This document shows positions 1 through 11,029 of a stretch of DNA of 64,000 nt, one piece after another (positions within the stretch are counted from its first letter, which is position 1; each line of letters opens with the position of its first letter). The stretch is from positions 1,760,001-1,824,000 of the forward strand of contig OZ244052.1 in the NCBI GenBank assembly GCA_965215125.1, given 5' to 3'. Position numbers and translations under genes: made by a program. The DNA comes from an uncultured candidatus Porisulfidus sp. GTDB taxonomy: Bacteria; Pseudomonadota; Gammaproteobacteria; Poriferisulfidales; Oxydemutatoraceae. The notes beneath the pieces are model-generated. The model worked only from the letters and a program-made list of their open reading frames with translations. It ran no database searches and was not told the origin of the DNA.

Positions 1-135
1 CATTCAATATACCCAATCTTTCAACTGATTGTATAATAAGCGCATGGCAGGCGATGTGCTGGCAGAGAAGAGTGCGCGGCTTCCGATTCTTAGACAGATA
101 TTTAATTGATAATTTCTAATAGGTAATATAGAAAG

Positions 136-1227
136 ATGGCAAGTTCTGCTACCCTTTTGTTGAGAGACGGTACTCGTTTTCACGGTATCTCTATCGGGGC
201 TAATGGTATTGCCGTCGGAGAGGTTGTTTTCAATACGGCGATGACGGGTTATCAGGAAATTTTGACCGACCCGTCTTATGCGCAACAGATTGTGACATTG
301 ACCTATCCGCATATCGGTAATACGGGTGTGAACGATGACGATGTGGAATCCGATGGAATTTATGCGGCAGCGTTGGTTATTCGCGATTTACCGTCGAAAG
401 CGAGCAGTTGGCGGCGTAAGCAGGATTTGAGCGATTATCTGATAAACAGTAAGGTTGTTGCAATAGCCGATATAGATACCCGTCGCCTCACGCGGCATTT
501 GCGTATGCACGGTGCGCAGGACGGGGTGGTATTTGACGAAAGGGTATCGCAAGATGATGCCGAGCTTGCGTTGCGTAACTTCTCGGGTTTGAAAGACAAA
601 GATTTGGCACGGCATGTGAGTACCGAAGAGTCTTATCGTTGGGATGCAAACGAAGACTCCGAGCGACATGTGGTTGCATTCGATTACGGTATCAAGCGTA
701 ATATATTGAGACATCTGGCAGAACGTGGTTGTCGTATCACGGTAGTGCCGGCGAAGACAACGGCGGCGGAGGTATTGGCACAGCAGCCCGACGGTGTTTT
801 TTTGTCCAACGGGCCGGGTGACCCCGAGCCTTGCGATTATGCAATCGATACGATACGCGAGCTTTTGCCGAGTGGCTTGCCTATTTTTGGAATATGTTTG
901 GGACATCAGTTGCTCGGTTTGGCAAGCGGCGCGCAAACGATGAAAATGAAGTTTGGGCATCACGGAGCGAATCATCCGGTGCTCGACTTGTCCAGTAAGC
1001 GGGTGATGCTGACGAGCCAAAATCATGGTTTTTGCATCGATGCGGCAAATCTGCCCGAGCAGTTGGAAGTCAGTCATCTATCGCTGTTTGACAACACGAT
1101 TCAGGGCATACGCCACAAAGATTATCCTGCATTCGGCTTTCAGGGTCATCCGGAGGCGAGCCCCGGACCCCACGATGTGAGCGCGTTATTCGATAATTTT
1201 ATTCGACAGATGGAGTCTAATGCCTAA
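136..1227 (+). CDS. carA: Carbamoyl-phosphate synthase small subunit
   Basis: [36 protein letters not shown] and [10 protein letters not shown] motifs; overlaps carB start. Confidence 0.98.
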   Translation: MASSATLLLRDGTRFHGISIGANGIAVGEVVFNTAMTGYQEILTDPSYAQQIVTLTYPHIGNTGVNDDDVESDGIYAAALVIRDLPSKASSWRRKQDLSDYLINSKVVAIADIDTRRLTRHLRMHGAQDGVVFDERVSQDDAELALRNFSGLKDKDLARHVSTEESYRWDANEDSERHVVAFDYGIKRNILRHLAERGCRITVVPAKTTAAEVLAQQPDGVFLSNGPGDPEPCDYAIDTIRELLPSGLPIFGICLGHQLLGLASGAQTMKMKFGHHGANHPVLDLSSKRVMLTSQNHGFCIDAANLPEQLEVSHLSLFDNTIQGIRHKDYPAFGFQGHPEASPGPHDVSALFDNFIRQMESNA

Positions 1228-4200
1228 GCGTGAGGACTTATCGCGTATCTTGATCATCGGCGCAGGGCCTATCGTTATCGGGCAGGCGTGCGAGTTTGAT
1301 TATTCCGGTGTGCAAGCGTGCAAAGCGTTGCGCGAGGAAGGTTATAGCGTCGTCTTGGTCAATTCCAATCCGGCGACGATTATGACCGACCCGGATACTG
1401 CCGATACGATTTATATAGAGCCTGTAGAATGGCGCACATTGGAGAAAATTATAGAAAAAGAAAGACCCGATGCTTTGTTGCCGACGATGGGTGGGCAGAC
1501 TGCTTTGAATTGTGCGATGGACTTGCAGCGAGAAGGTGTGTTGCAGAAATTCGGCGTGCAACTAATCGGTGCTTCGTCGGAAGCGATTAGCAAAGCCGAG
1601 GATCGTTTGTTGTTCCGCAAGGCGATGGAGAACATTGGCCTAAAAAGTGCGCGCTCGGTTGTCGTAAAAGATTGGAAACAAGCGCAGGCGGCACCCGAGC
1701 AGTTAGGTTTCCCGGTCATTGTTAGACCGTCTTATACCTTAGGTGGCAGCGGTAGCGGCATCGCTCGCAATCCCGAGGAGTTTGAGGACATAGTCAAGCA
1801 CGGTTTAGCGTTGTCGCCGATCAGCGAGGTTTTATTGGAGGAGTCCTTGTTGGGCTGGAAGGAATTTGAAATAGAGGTCGTACGCGATTGCAACGATAAT
1901 TGCATCGTCGTATGCTCGATAGAAAACTTCGACCCGATGGGAGTACACACCGGCGACTCGATTACGGTGGCACCTATACAAACGTTAACCGACAAGGAAT
2001 ATCAAAAGATGCGCAACGCCTCGATTGCGGTGTTGCGCGAGATCGGTGTAGATACCGGGGGTTCCAATGTGCAGTTTGCGATCAACCCGGAAGATGGCCG
2101 TATGGTGGTAATAGAGATGAATCCGCGCGTCTCTCGTTCCTCGGCGTTGGCGTCTAAGGCAACCGGTTTCCCGATTGCCAAGGTCGCCGCAAAATTGGCG
2201 GTTGGTTATAGCTTGGATGAATTAAAGAACGAGATTACCGGTGGGGCGACACCGGCATCTTTTGAACCGACGATAGATTATGTGGTTACTAAAATCCCGC
2301 GTTTTGATTTCATGAAATTCCCTCAAATCTCCAATAATCTGACGACGCAAATGAAATCGGTCGGCGAGGCGATGGCAATCGGTAGGACTTTCAAGGAATC
2401 TTTGCAGAAAGCATTATGCAGTTTGGAACTCGGATATGTAGGGCTTGCTTCGACGCAAACACCGCACACCGAGTCGGTACGAAGCAATGATATCGATGAA
2501 CTCATATTATGCTTGCACGATGCAACCCCGAACAGGATATTGTTGATCGCCGAGGCTTTGAGAATGGGCGTTGATATCGCTAAGCTCTATGAACTGACGA
2601 AGATAGATCCTTGGTTTCTAAGTCAAATATCGGAGATCATAGATGCCGAGGAAAAGATAAAAGACGGTCTTTTTGCGATTTCTAACCGTGCGCATTTGCA
2701 CGAACTCAAACGGCAAGGCTTTGCCGATGCACATATTGCACGGTTATTGTCGGTCGACGACCGAGTAGTTTACGACAACCGTCGCAATGCAAAGATTAAT
2801 ACGACATACAAAAGAGTAGATAGCTGTGCGGCGGAGTTTGACACACAGACTGCTTATTTGTATTCGTGTTATGACGAGGAATGTGAGGCGTATCCGAGTG
2901 CGAGGCAAAAGATTATCATACTGGGTAGCGGACCCAATCGCATAGGGCAAGGTATAGAGTTTGATTATTGTTGTGTGCATGCTTCGTTTGCATTGCGCGA
3001 AGCCGGCTATGAGACGATTATGATCAATTGCAATCCCGAGACGGTATCAACCGATTACGACACCTCGGATCGTCTCTATTTCGAGCCTTTGGATTTTGAG
3101 CATGTGCTGAACGTTATAGAATCCGAAAAGAGCAATGGTGATTTGAAAGGTGTAGTGGTGCAATACGGCGGTCAAACACCTTTGAATCTGACCCAAAGTT
3201 TAGCCGACGCCGGCGTGCCTATACTCGGGAGCAGTGCCGACACCATCGGCTTAGCCGAAGATCGGGAGCGTTTTCAGCAGGTCATAAAACGGCTGGATTT
3301 GAAGCAGCCGCCCAACGGCATTGCGCTGACCGAAGCGGAGGCATTGGACATTGCCGCCGCGATAGGCTATCCGATTATCGTCAGACCCTCTTTTGTTTTG
3401 GGGGGGCGTGCAATGAAGATCGTGTACGACGAAGACGAGCTCAAACATTATATATTAGAGGCAACTCAAGTATCAAAAAACAAACCGGTTTTGATAGACC
3501 ACTTCTTATCCGATGCGATAGAGGTTGATGTAGACGCGGTGTGTGATGGGAAAAATGTACTACTCGGCGGTATCATGGAGCATATCGAGCAAGCCGGGGT
3601 ACATTCGGGTGACTCCGCCTGTTCGATCCCACCTCATTCCTTGTCCGAAGCGATACAGACGGAACTCGCACGGCAAATTAAAATTATCGCACTCGCTCTC
3701 GACATCAAAGGATTGATGAACGCACAGTTCGCTATCAAGAACAATAAGGTCTATGTGATAGAGGTCAATCCGCGTGCGTCGCGGACGGTGCCGTTCGTAT
3801 CCAAAGCTATCGGTTTGCCGTTGGCTAAAATCGCCGCTCACTGCATGGTTGATATAGACCTTAAGAAACAAGGCTTTGTGGAAAACAGCGAAGGTCTCTA
3901 TGTGCCTAAGGAGGTTCGGCAGGGTGCCTTTTGTTTTGCGGTCAAGGAGGCGGTTTTTCCGTTCAATAAATTTATAGGCGTGGATCCGATTTTGGGTCCC
4001 GAGATGCGTTCTACCGGTGAGGTGATGGGAAGCGGTCGAAGTTTCGGCGAGGCTTATGCCAAAGCACAACTCGCGGCGGGCAATACATTACCGTGTGGTG
4101 GTACGGTGCTGATGAGCGTGCGCGATGTGGACAAACAGGTGGCGACGGAAATTGCCCGAAATCTAAGCGACAAAGGCTTCGATATATTGGCAACCCGAGG

Positions 4201-4471
4201 CACTCGGCAAGCGTTTAACGAAGCCGGCATTGCGTGTCGTGCCGTACACAAGGTCATAGAGAATCGTCGCCCCAATGTTGTTGATTTTGTAGACGACGGG
4301 ACGGTTAATTTGATCATCAATACAACCGAGGGTAGACAAGCGATTACCGATTCGCGTACCATACGATCTAGTGCGGTACAGAATAGAGTGTGCTACACTA
4401 CAACAATCGCCGGTGCTCGTGCCATCGTCGAGGCGATGGAATCGGACGATTACGATGTATATAGCTTATGA
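1220..4471 (+). CDS. carB: Carbamoyl-phosphate synthase large subunit
   Basis: MPKR...[19 protein letters not shown] start, duplicated ATP-grasp domains, C-terminal MGS domain, 1083 aa. Confidence 0.98.
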   Translation: MPKREDLSRILIIGAGPIVIGQACEFDYSGVQACKALREEGYSVVLVNSNPATIMTDPDTADTIYIEPVEWRTLEKIIEKERPDALLPTMGGQTALNCAMDLQREGVLQKFGVQLIGASSEAISKAEDRLLFRKAMENIGLKSARSVVVKDWKQAQAAPEQLGFPVIVRPSYTLGGSGSGIARNPEEFEDIVKHGLALSPISEVLLEESLLGWKEFEIEVVRDCNDNCIVVCSIENFDPMGVHTGDSITVAPIQTLTDKEYQKMRNASIAVLREIGVDTGGSNVQFAINPEDGRMVVIEMNPRVSRSSALASKATGFPIAKVAAKLAVGYSLDELKNEITGGATPASFEPTIDYVVTKIPRFDFMKFPQISNNLTTQMKSVGEAMAIGRTFKESLQKALCSLELGYVGLASTQTPHTESVRSNDIDELILCLHDATPNRILLIAEALRMGVDIAKLYELTKIDPWFLSQISEIIDAEEKIKDGLFAISNRAHLHELKRQGFADAHIARLLSVDDRVVYDNRRNAKINTTYKRVDSCAAEFDTQTAYLYSCYDEECEAYPSARQKIIILGSGPNRIGQGIEFDYCCVHASFALREAGYETIMINCNPETVSTDYDTSDRLYFEPLDFEHVLNVIESEKSNGDLKGVVVQYGGQTPLNLTQSLADAGVPILGSSADTIGLAEDRERFQQVIKRLDLKQPPNGIALTEAEALDIAAAIGYPIIVRPSFVLGGRAMKIVYDEDELKHYILEATQVSKNKPVLIDHFLSDAIEVDVDAVCDGKNVLLGGIMEHIEQAGVHSGDSACSIPPHSLSEAIQTELARQIKIIALALDIKGLMNAQFAIKNNKVYVIEVNPRASRTVPFVSKAIGLPLAKIAAHCMVDIDLKKQGFVENSEGLYVPKEVRQGAFCFAVKEAVFPFNKFIGVDPILGPEMRSTGEVMGSGRSFGEAYAKAQLAAGNTLPCGGTVLMSVRDVDKQVATEIARNLSDKGFDILATRGTRQAFNEAGIACRAVHKVIENRRPNVVDFVDDGTVNLIINTTEGRQAITDSRTIRSSAVQNRVCYTTTIAGARAIVEAMESDDYDVYSL

Positions 4472-4490
4472 TATTAAGGAGGATTAACAC

Positions 4491-5747
4491 ATGAAACTGG
4501 AAACAATTGCGATACACGCCGGATACGAATGTGAGGAAACAACGCGCGCTGCGGTCACGCCGATTTATCAAACCACCTCTTATACTTTCCGGGATACCCA
4601 ACACGGTGCCGATTTATTCGACCTGAAAGAGATGGGTAACATCTATACCCGGATTATGAATCCCACGACCGATGTATTGGAAAAACGCGTCGCTGCGATG
4701 GAAGGCGGCATAGGTGCGCTGGCTTTATCGTCGGGAATGGCAGCGACCACTTACGCGATATTTACCGTCGCCGATAGCGGAGATAACATTATTTCAACGA
4801 GTCAACTTTACGGTGGGACCTATAATTTATTTGCGCATACACTGCCGCGTCTGGGTATAGAGGTGCGCTTCACCGAAGACGAACAGGTAGCTGATTTAAT
4901 CGACGAGAAAACCAAGCTCGTTTTTTGTGAGTCGTTGGGTAACCCGGCGGGAAATGTTTGCGATTTGGCACCACTCGCCGAGACTTGCCGGCAGCATGGT
5001 ATTTTATTAGTCGTCGATAATACGGTGCCGACTCCTTATCTCTGCCGACCTTTTGAACACGGTGCCGATATTGTCGTACATTCTCTGACTAAATATATGG
5101 GAGGACACGGCAACAGTATCGGCGGCATTATCGTTGACTCGGGACATTTCCCATGGCAAGAACACGCCGACCGTTATTCTATGCTGATAGAACCCGACCC
5201 GTCTTATCACGGTGTTAGCTATGTGGAAGCGATGGGCGAAGCCGCTTTTATTGCCAGAGCACGAGTAGTGCCGCTCAGGAATATGGGATCCGCACTCTCC
5301 CCGATGAATAGCTTTTTAATCTTACAAGGTTTGGAGACGATGCCGTTGCGTATAGAGAGGCATAGCGATAACGCACTCGCCGTCGCTCGCTATCTGCAAG
5401 CCCATCCGCGGGTGCGGTGGGTTAATTATGCCGGCTTAGACGACCATCCGAGTAGGCCGTTGGTAGACCGTTATTTGAGCGGCAAAGCATCCGGCATCCT
5501 GAGTTTCGGTATTGAAGGTGGTGCCGAAGCAGGAGCTAAGTTCATAGATGCCTTGCAACTTATTCTGCGTCTCGTCAACATAGGCGACGCTCGCTCGTTG
5601 GCATGTCATCCCGCCACGACGACCCATCGTCAACTCTCAAAAGCGGATCTCAAAAGCTCCGGTGTCTCCGAAGACTTGGTTAGACTATCGATAGGTATAG
5701 AACACATAGACGACATCATCGCGGATATAGAACAAGCACTGAACTAA
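4491..5747 (+). CDS. metY: O-acetylhomoserine aminocarboxypropyltransferase (MetY/Met17 family, PLP)
   Basis: PIYQTTSY, GNIYTRIMNPT, HSLTKYMGGHG (PLP lysine), LVNIGDARSL; AAGGAGG RBS upstream. Confidence 0.9.
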   Translation: MKLETIAIHAGYECEETTRAAVTPIYQTTSYTFRDTQHGADLFDLKEMGNIYTRIMNPTTDVLEKRVAAMEGGIGALALSSGMAATTYAIFTVADSGDNIISTSQLYGGTYNLFAHTLPRLGIEVRFTEDEQVADLIDEKTKLVFCESLGNPAGNVCDLAPLAETCRQHGILLVVDNTVPTPYLCRPFEHGADIVVHSLTKYMGGHGNSIGGIIVDSGHFPWQEHADRYSMLIEPDPSYHGVSYVEAMGEAAFIARARVVPLRNMGSALSPMNSFLILQGLETMPLRIERHSDNALAVARYLQAHPRVRWVNYAGLDDHPSRPLVDRYLSGKASGILSFGIEGGAEAGAKFIDALQLILRLVNIGDARSLACHPATTTHRQLSKADLKSSGVSEDLVRLSIGIEHIDDIIADIEQALN

Positions 5748-5784
5748 TTTACGATAACCGTCCCTACACATGTCGGTTACATTG

Positions 5785-5865
5785 CGGTTCTGCACTAGTA
5801 CATTCCCCTCCACAGGAGGGGAATATACCGTCCCCACAGTTCGTGGATACTTTTTCAATAGCCTC
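5785..5865. repeat. Mosaic intergenic repeat copy (CCCCTCC/GGAGGGG hairpin plus IS-end-like TTTTTCAATAGCCTC)
   Basis: ATTCCCCTCC-ACA-GGAGGGGAAT at 5802-5824; GATACTTTTTCAATAGCCTC at 5846-5865 resembles the reverse complement of 13958-13977, 31311-31330 and 50089-50105. Confidence 0.75.
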
Positions 5866-5940
5866 ATTATTTGACTTTGGTATAAAATACAATTTTGTTA
5901 AAAATTTTTAGACCGAAAACGATAGTACAACGAGGTAATT

Positions 5941-6243
5941 ATGATGGAAATAGACAACGACACACGCTTGGAACTGGAAGCTGCCGTTTACCGCAGATTG
6001 ATCAAGCATTTGCAGGAAAAAACCGAAGTTCAGAACATAGACTTGATGAACTTGGCGGATTTTTGTAGAAATTGTTTGGCAAAATGGTATGTGGCAGCGG
6101 CGGAAGAACACAACATCGAGTTGGATTACGAAGAGGCTCGCAAAATGATATACGGGATGCCTTATAAGGAATGGAAAGCGCGTTATCAAAAGCCGATGAC
6201 GGCAGAACAACAAGCAGCATTAAAAAACCGCAAATCTCAATGA
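5941..6243 (+). CDS. DUF1244 family protein
   Basis: ELEAAVYRRLIKHLQ..VQNIDLMNLADFCRNCL..YGMPYKEWK signature; GAGG RBS. Confidence 0.88.
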   Translation: MMEIDNDTRLELEAAVYRRLIKHLQEKTEVQNIDLMNLADFCRNCLAKWYVAAAEEHNIELDYEEARKMIYGMPYKEWKARYQKPMTAEQQAALKNRKSQ

Positions 6244-7001
6244 CGGACGACTTGAGCGACCATGCTTTGTTGCGCTACAGTCGTCATATACTATTGCCAC
6301 AAATCGGCATAGAAGGTCAGGAAAAGCTACTGAAGGCGCGAGTGCTCGTCGTCGGTTTGGGTGGTTTGGGGTCTTCTGCGGCAATGTATTTGGCAGCGAG
6401 CGGGGTGGGGCATATGCTAATTGCCGATTATGATCATGTTGATTTATCGAACTTGCAAAGACAACCGATACATAATACCGAGAGTATCGATATGTGCAAA
6501 ACCGAATCGGCACAAAAAACGCTGCACCGATTAAACCCCGACATTGAGATAACGCCTATAAATCAGAAAATGGATCTGGATCTTTTGCATCGGCATGTTA
6601 TGGATGTGGATGTCGTTGTCGATGCAACCGATAATTTTGCGGTACGGTATGCGATCAACAAGGCCTGCCGGCACGCCCGAACACCGCTCGTCCACGGGGC
6701 TGCTATCCGTATGGAAGGGCAGTTGAGCGTGTTTGACGCTCGCGAAGCCGAAAGTCCCTGTTATCAATGTCTTTATACCGAGGGTACTTATGTAGACGAG
6801 AGTTGTGTTGCCAACGGCATCCTCTCTCCGGTGGTAGGTGTGATCGGCAGTATGCAGGCGATTGAAGCACTAAAGATTTTATTAAACCTCAAAGATACCC
6901 TAGTAGGTCGTCTTTTGTTATTTGACGCGCAGACGATGAATTGGCGAGAACTGCGTGTGAAAAGAAATGCAAAATGCAAAGTTTGCGGAGACGATGGATA
7001 A
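6240..7001 (+). CDS. moeB: MoeB/ThiF family adenylyltransferase
   Basis: RYSRHILL..GQEKL, GLGGLGS, SNLQRQ, two CxxC zinc motifs; ATG at 6240 overlaps upstream stop (ATGA). Confidence 0.88.
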   Translation: MTDDLSDHALLRYSRHILLPQIGIEGQEKLLKARVLVVGLGGLGSSAAMYLAASGVGHMLIADYDHVDLSNLQRQPIHNTESIDMCKTESAQKTLHRLNPDIEITPINQKMDLDLLHRHVMDVDVVVDATDNFAVRYAINKACRHARTPLVHGAAIRMEGQLSVFDAREAESPCYQCLYTEGTYVDESCVANGILSPVVGVIGSMQAIEALKILLNLKDTLVGRLLLFDAQTMNWRELRVKRNAKCKVCGDDG

Positions 7002-8199
7002 GAAACAACTGCAATCGGAACCTCTGGTAGAACTTGAATATCAAGGCGTGCGCGTCACCGTTTTAGGAACCGCCCACGTATCTAAGGCAAGTGCCGATAT
7101 GGTACGCACATTGCTCGAGAGTGGTGCGTACGATTCGGTTGCGGTGGAGCTGTGTAAAAGCCGCCACAAGACATTGGTATCACCGAACAGTTTTTTGAAT
7201 ATGGATTTGGGTGAAGTGATACGGCAACGCAAAGTTTTTAGAGTGGTGGCAATATTGATATTGGGAGGTTATCAGCAACGTCTCGCCGATCAGTTGGGGG
7301 TGGAGCCCGGTGTGGAGTTCAAGGAAGCGTTGCGAATTGCCGAAGAACGTAACCTATCTTTAGCTATCGTTGATCGTGATATCGGTTTAACTTTTAAGCG
7401 GCTCTACGGCAGTTTGTCGTGGTGGAGAAAACTGATGTTGTTCAATGCGCTGGTTGCGAGCTTGTTTTATACCGAAAAAGTTTCAATCCAAGAAGTAGAA
7501 CGCATCAAGCAGGGGCGTACCTTAGAGGCAATTTTCGAACAACTGCCAATGTCAATTCGTAACATCAAAAATATATTGCTCGACGAACGCGACGCTTATA
7601 TGGCAGCCAAAGTGAGGCAATTCATAGCGGAGCATAAGCCGAAATCCATGCTACTTATCATAGGTGCGGCACACCTGAAAGGTACCGTGCGCGAGATTGA
7701 ACAAGCGAGTAGCGAACCGGAAGCGACGATTAGCGAGTACGAAACAGTTCCACAGAAAAAAAGGTTCACCCGTCTGCTACCGTGGCTAATTGTGTCGGTG
7801 ATACTTGCCGGATTTGCTTACGGCTTTTCTAAGGAGACCCAAGTAGGTATTGATCTGGTAATAGATTGGATACTAATTAACGGTGGTTTGGCGGCGGTAG
7901 GTGCTTTGATTGCAGCAGCGCACCCTTTGACCGTCGTATCGGTCTTTCTGGCAGCACCGCTGACCTCTATCAATCCTACGATCGGTGTGGGTGTGGTGGC
8001 TGCGGCGGTGGAACTTTATTTGAAGAAACCCAGAGTCTCCGATTTTGCAACCCTCAAGAAAGACACTGCGAAATTGTCGGGGTGGCGACACAATAGAGTA
8101 GCTAGAATCGTCATGATTTTCGTATTGAGCACTATCGGGTCGGCAATCGGCACCTACATCGGCGGCTTCCACATTTACTCTACGCTGATGGCATTGTGA
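6994..8199 (+). CDS. TraB/GumN (PrgY) family membrane protein
   Basis: LGTAHVS..S, VAVELC..R, PGVEF, DRDI, DERDAYMA, IGAAHL, C-terminal TM helices. Confidence 0.9.
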   Translation: MDKKQLQSEPLVELEYQGVRVTVLGTAHVSKASADMVRTLLESGAYDSVAVELCKSRHKTLVSPNSFLNMDLGEVIRQRKVFRVVAILILGGYQQRLADQLGVEPGVEFKEALRIAEERNLSLAIVDRDIGLTFKRLYGSLSWWRKLMLFNALVASLFYTEKVSIQEVERIKQGRTLEAIFEQLPMSIRNIKNILLDERDAYMAAKVRQFIAEHKPKSMLLIIGAAHLKGTVREIEQASSEPEATISEYETVPQKKRFTRLLPWLIVSVILAGFAYGFSKETQVGIDLVIDWILINGGLAAVGALIAAAHPLTVVSVFLAAPLTSINPTIGVGVVAAAVELYLKKPRVSDFATLKKDTAKLSGWRHNRVARIVMIFVLSTIGSAIGTYIGGFHIYSTLMAL

Positions 8200-8290
8200 C
8201 AAGGGTTAGTGCAATACCAAAAATTCAAAATCGGCGTATAATGGTTTTTTTCGTTGAACCCGATTTTTAATAAATGATAAAGCCTGATTT

Positions 8291-9112
8291 ATGCACGCAA
8301 TTAGTCCACAAAAAATACGACATAGGAAATCATCCTGCTATTTCACTTTTGACGATATTATTATCTATAATGACGATATCTTGAAAATAAGTAGGATTCC
8401 TAAGTCATCCGTAGATCTTATAATCACATCGCCCCCTTATAATGTGGATATTCATTATTTATCGCACAAAGATGATTTAGGCTACGATAAGTACTTGGAG
8501 TTTACTAAGAAGTGGATTGCAAAATGCTATACTCTAGCGAGAGATGATGGTCGGTTGTGCTTAAATATTCCTTTGGATAAAAATAAAGGAGGACAACAAG
8601 CTGTTTGTGCCGATATTACGAATATTGCCAAGAAAATAGGGTGGAATTATCACTCTACGATTATTTGGAACGAGGGAAATATCTCACGCAGAACTGCTTG
8701 GGGGTCTTGGATGTCTGCTTCCGCACCTTATGTTATTGCTCCCGTTGAAGTGATTTTGATTTTGTATAAAAAAAATTGGAAAAAGCATAATGGGCAGAAA
8801 AAAAATGACATAAAAAAGCAGGAATTTATGGATTGGACCAACGGAGTATGGACATTCAACGGTCAGAGTAAGAAAGGTGCGGGAGGACATCCTGCTGCAT
8901 TTCCGGTTGAGCTTCCTAGAAGATGTATAAAATTATTTAGCTTTATCGGCGATACTGTTCTTGATCCGTTTCTCGGAAGCGGTTCAACACTTATTGCGGC
9001 ATACCTGAACAAACGTAAAGGTATAGGAATTGATATTGATAAAACATATTGTGATATTGCCGTTAAACGGTTGCATCAAGAAGCAAAAATTAATCAAACA
9101 AGTTTGCTTTAA
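8291..9112 (+). CDS. Beta-class N4-cytosine/N6-adenine DNA methyltransferase
   Basis: TSPPY (motif IV) N-terminal, HPAAFP, DPFLGSGST (motif I) C-terminal; AT-rich. Confidence 0.92.
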   Translation: MHAISPQKIRHRKSSCYFTFDDIIIYNDDILKISRIPKSSVDLIITSPPYNVDIHYLSHKDDLGYDKYLEFTKKWIAKCYTLARDDGRLCLNIPLDKNKGGQQAVCADITNIAKKIGWNYHSTIIWNEGNISRRTAWGSWMSASAPYVIAPVEVILILYKKNWKKHNGQKKNDIKKQEFMDWTNGVWTFNGQSKKGAGGHPAAFPVELPRRCIKLFSFIGDTVLDPFLGSGSTLIAAYLNKRKGIGIDIDKTYCDIAVKRLHQEAKINQTSLL

Positions 9113-9714
9113 TGTCTAAAGATAAAAAACGACTAAAGGCTCAATCTCAGAGTGATTTAATTATGGAGTTTTATAAAAAAAATCCTAATCGGGATATTTC
9201 CCATCCGGAAATTGTGGACTGGGTAACAAAGGAATACAAAAAGCGTACCTCTCGTGTTTTTCGAGATCCCGATAGAGCCATACGAAAGTTGCATGAACAG
9301 GGATTGTTGATAAAAGTGAAAAAAGGGACTTATCGTTATGTTCCGAGTAAAGCTATTCAAAGAACTACTCAAGATTTTACTGTTTCCCAGAAGAAGAAGA
9401 TATTTAAGCGAGATGGCTATAGATGTGTTATTTGTGGTTTGGGTATAAAAGACGGAGTAGAACTTCATGCCGACCATATTAAACCTAAAAAATCAGGAGG
9501 TCGTGCGACTATAACTAATGGTCAGACACTTTGCTCTAGACATAATATGATGAAAAAAACAATGGGCCAGACGGAAACAGGGAAAAAAATGTTTATCCGT
9601 TTGTACGAAATAGCAAAAAGAGAAAAGAACAAAGAGATTAGAGATTTCTGTGCCGATATTTTACAAATTTATGAAGATTATAAAATAAACGGACATATTA
9701 AATGGAAAAAGTAA
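9112..9714 (+). CDS. HNH endonuclease, probable cognate type II restriction enzyme
   Basis: RDGYRCVICG..LHADHIKP..GG....NGQTLC..HN; start overlaps MTase stop (TAATG). Confidence 0.85.
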   Translation: MSKDKKRLKAQSQSDLIMEFYKKNPNRDISHPEIVDWVTKEYKKRTSRVFRDPDRAIRKLHEQGLLIKVKKGTYRYVPSKAIQRTTQDFTVSQKKKIFKRDGYRCVICGLGIKDGVELHADHIKPKKSGGRATITNGQTLCSRHNMMKKTMGQTETGKKMFIRLYEIAKREKNKEIRDFCADILQIYEDYKINGHIKWKK

Positions 9715-9843
9715 TTCAAAGTTGGTTAAGATTGGAATGTTCAATAATCGTATGGGGGACTTAAAGGCACTTCTGGGTAATAGTTCTAGATGTGTGAGAC
9801 CGGACGCATGCCAATCATTTCAGATGTATTTATAACGAAGCCA

Positions 9844-11016
9844 TCATACGCTATTCAATCCCTCGGCCAAGCGCGTCAATCCGACCTCCAATCGCTCGGT
9901 GGATAATGCGCCGTACGATACTCTAATACAGTTTTTGTGTTGTATGCCGAAAGCGTAGCCCGGTATGACTGCGACGCCGAAATCGGTAATCAATTTTTCT
10001 ATCGTCGCGATATCACAGACTGTATCGGACAAGGTGATAAAAGCGTAAAGCGCGCCCTCTATATGCGGTGGTTCGATTAAACCTTTGTCGGCGAGGGCTC
10101 CGAGCATCGATCTGCATAGTTCTCTATTGACGGCGATTTGTTTCATCCGCTCTTTGACATAATCCGCTCCCGATTTTAGACACTCCAGTGCGGCAAATTG
10201 CGACACGGTGGGTGGGCAGATGAGTATATTGTCTTGTACTTTGTGGATTGCCGTGTCTAGTTCGCGAGGCACTACCATATAGCCCACACGCCACGAGGCG
10301 AGGCCATAGCTTTTGGAAAAGGAGAACATTGATATAGTATGCGTAGCCGAGTCGGGGAGCGAGCCGGGCGAGAAGTGCGTATGCGTTTCATCGGTAAAAT
10401 CTTCGTAGGCTTCGTCGCTGATATGATAAATCCGGTGTTCGGCACACAACGCATTGATTGCGCCGAGTGTTTGTTCCGAATAGATGCATCCGCTGGGATT
10501 ATTCGGTGATATGCTGACGATCGCGCGAGTTTTGGTGGTGATAGCCTTCGCTATGCGCGCGATTGCCGGTTGATAGTTTTCATCGGTATCGACGACGACG
10601 GCTTTACAGCTACACATTTCTATGGTCATTTTGTGGTTGAAGTAGTAGGGTGCCAGCACGATAATCTCGTCGCCCGGGTCGCACAACGCAAGTACGACTG
10701 CATTGAATGCCATGTTCGCACCGGCGGTTATGAACAGACATTGTTCGTCGCTCAATACGATGTTATTTTTGCCTTGCAGTTTGCTTTTCAATGCCGTTTG
10801 TAGTTCATCCAATCCGGCAACCGGTCCGTAGAGATGGTATTCCGTGCGCGACATCACTTTTTTAATCGCGTCCGAGACGGCGGGCGGCGGCGGATAGTAG
10901 ACCACTCCTTGTCCCAGAGAGATCGTGTCGGGGTGTTTGCGTATTAATGTATTGACTATCGGGATGACTGCATCTTCTACGACTGCCATTCTAAGAGACT
11001 GAAATTGCTTGGTCAT
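9844..11016 (-). CDS. Class I/II PLP-dependent aminotransferase
   Basis: ISLGQG, ITAGAN, SPNNPSG, SDEAY, SFSKSYGLASWRVG. Confidence 0.92.
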   Translation of the reverse strand: MTKQFQSLRMAVVEDAVIPIVNTLIRKHPDTISLGQGVVYYPPPPAVSDAIKKVMSRTEYHLYGPVAGLDELQTALKSKLQGKNNIVLSDEQCLFITAGANMAFNAVVLALCDPGDEIIVLAPYYFNHKMTIEMCSCKAVVVDTDENYQPAIARIAKAITTKTRAIVSISPNNPSGCIYSEQTLGAINALCAEHRIYHISDEAYEDFTDETHTHFSPGSLPDSATHTISMFSFSKSYGLASWRVGYMVVPRELDTAIHKVQDNILICPPTVSQFAALECLKSGADYVKERMKQIAVNRELCRSMLGALADKGLIEPPHIEGALYAFITLSDTVCDIATIEKLITDFGVAVIPGYAFGIQHKNCIRVSYGALSTERLEVGLTRLAEGLNSV

Positions 11017-11029
11017 CGGTATGCAATCT

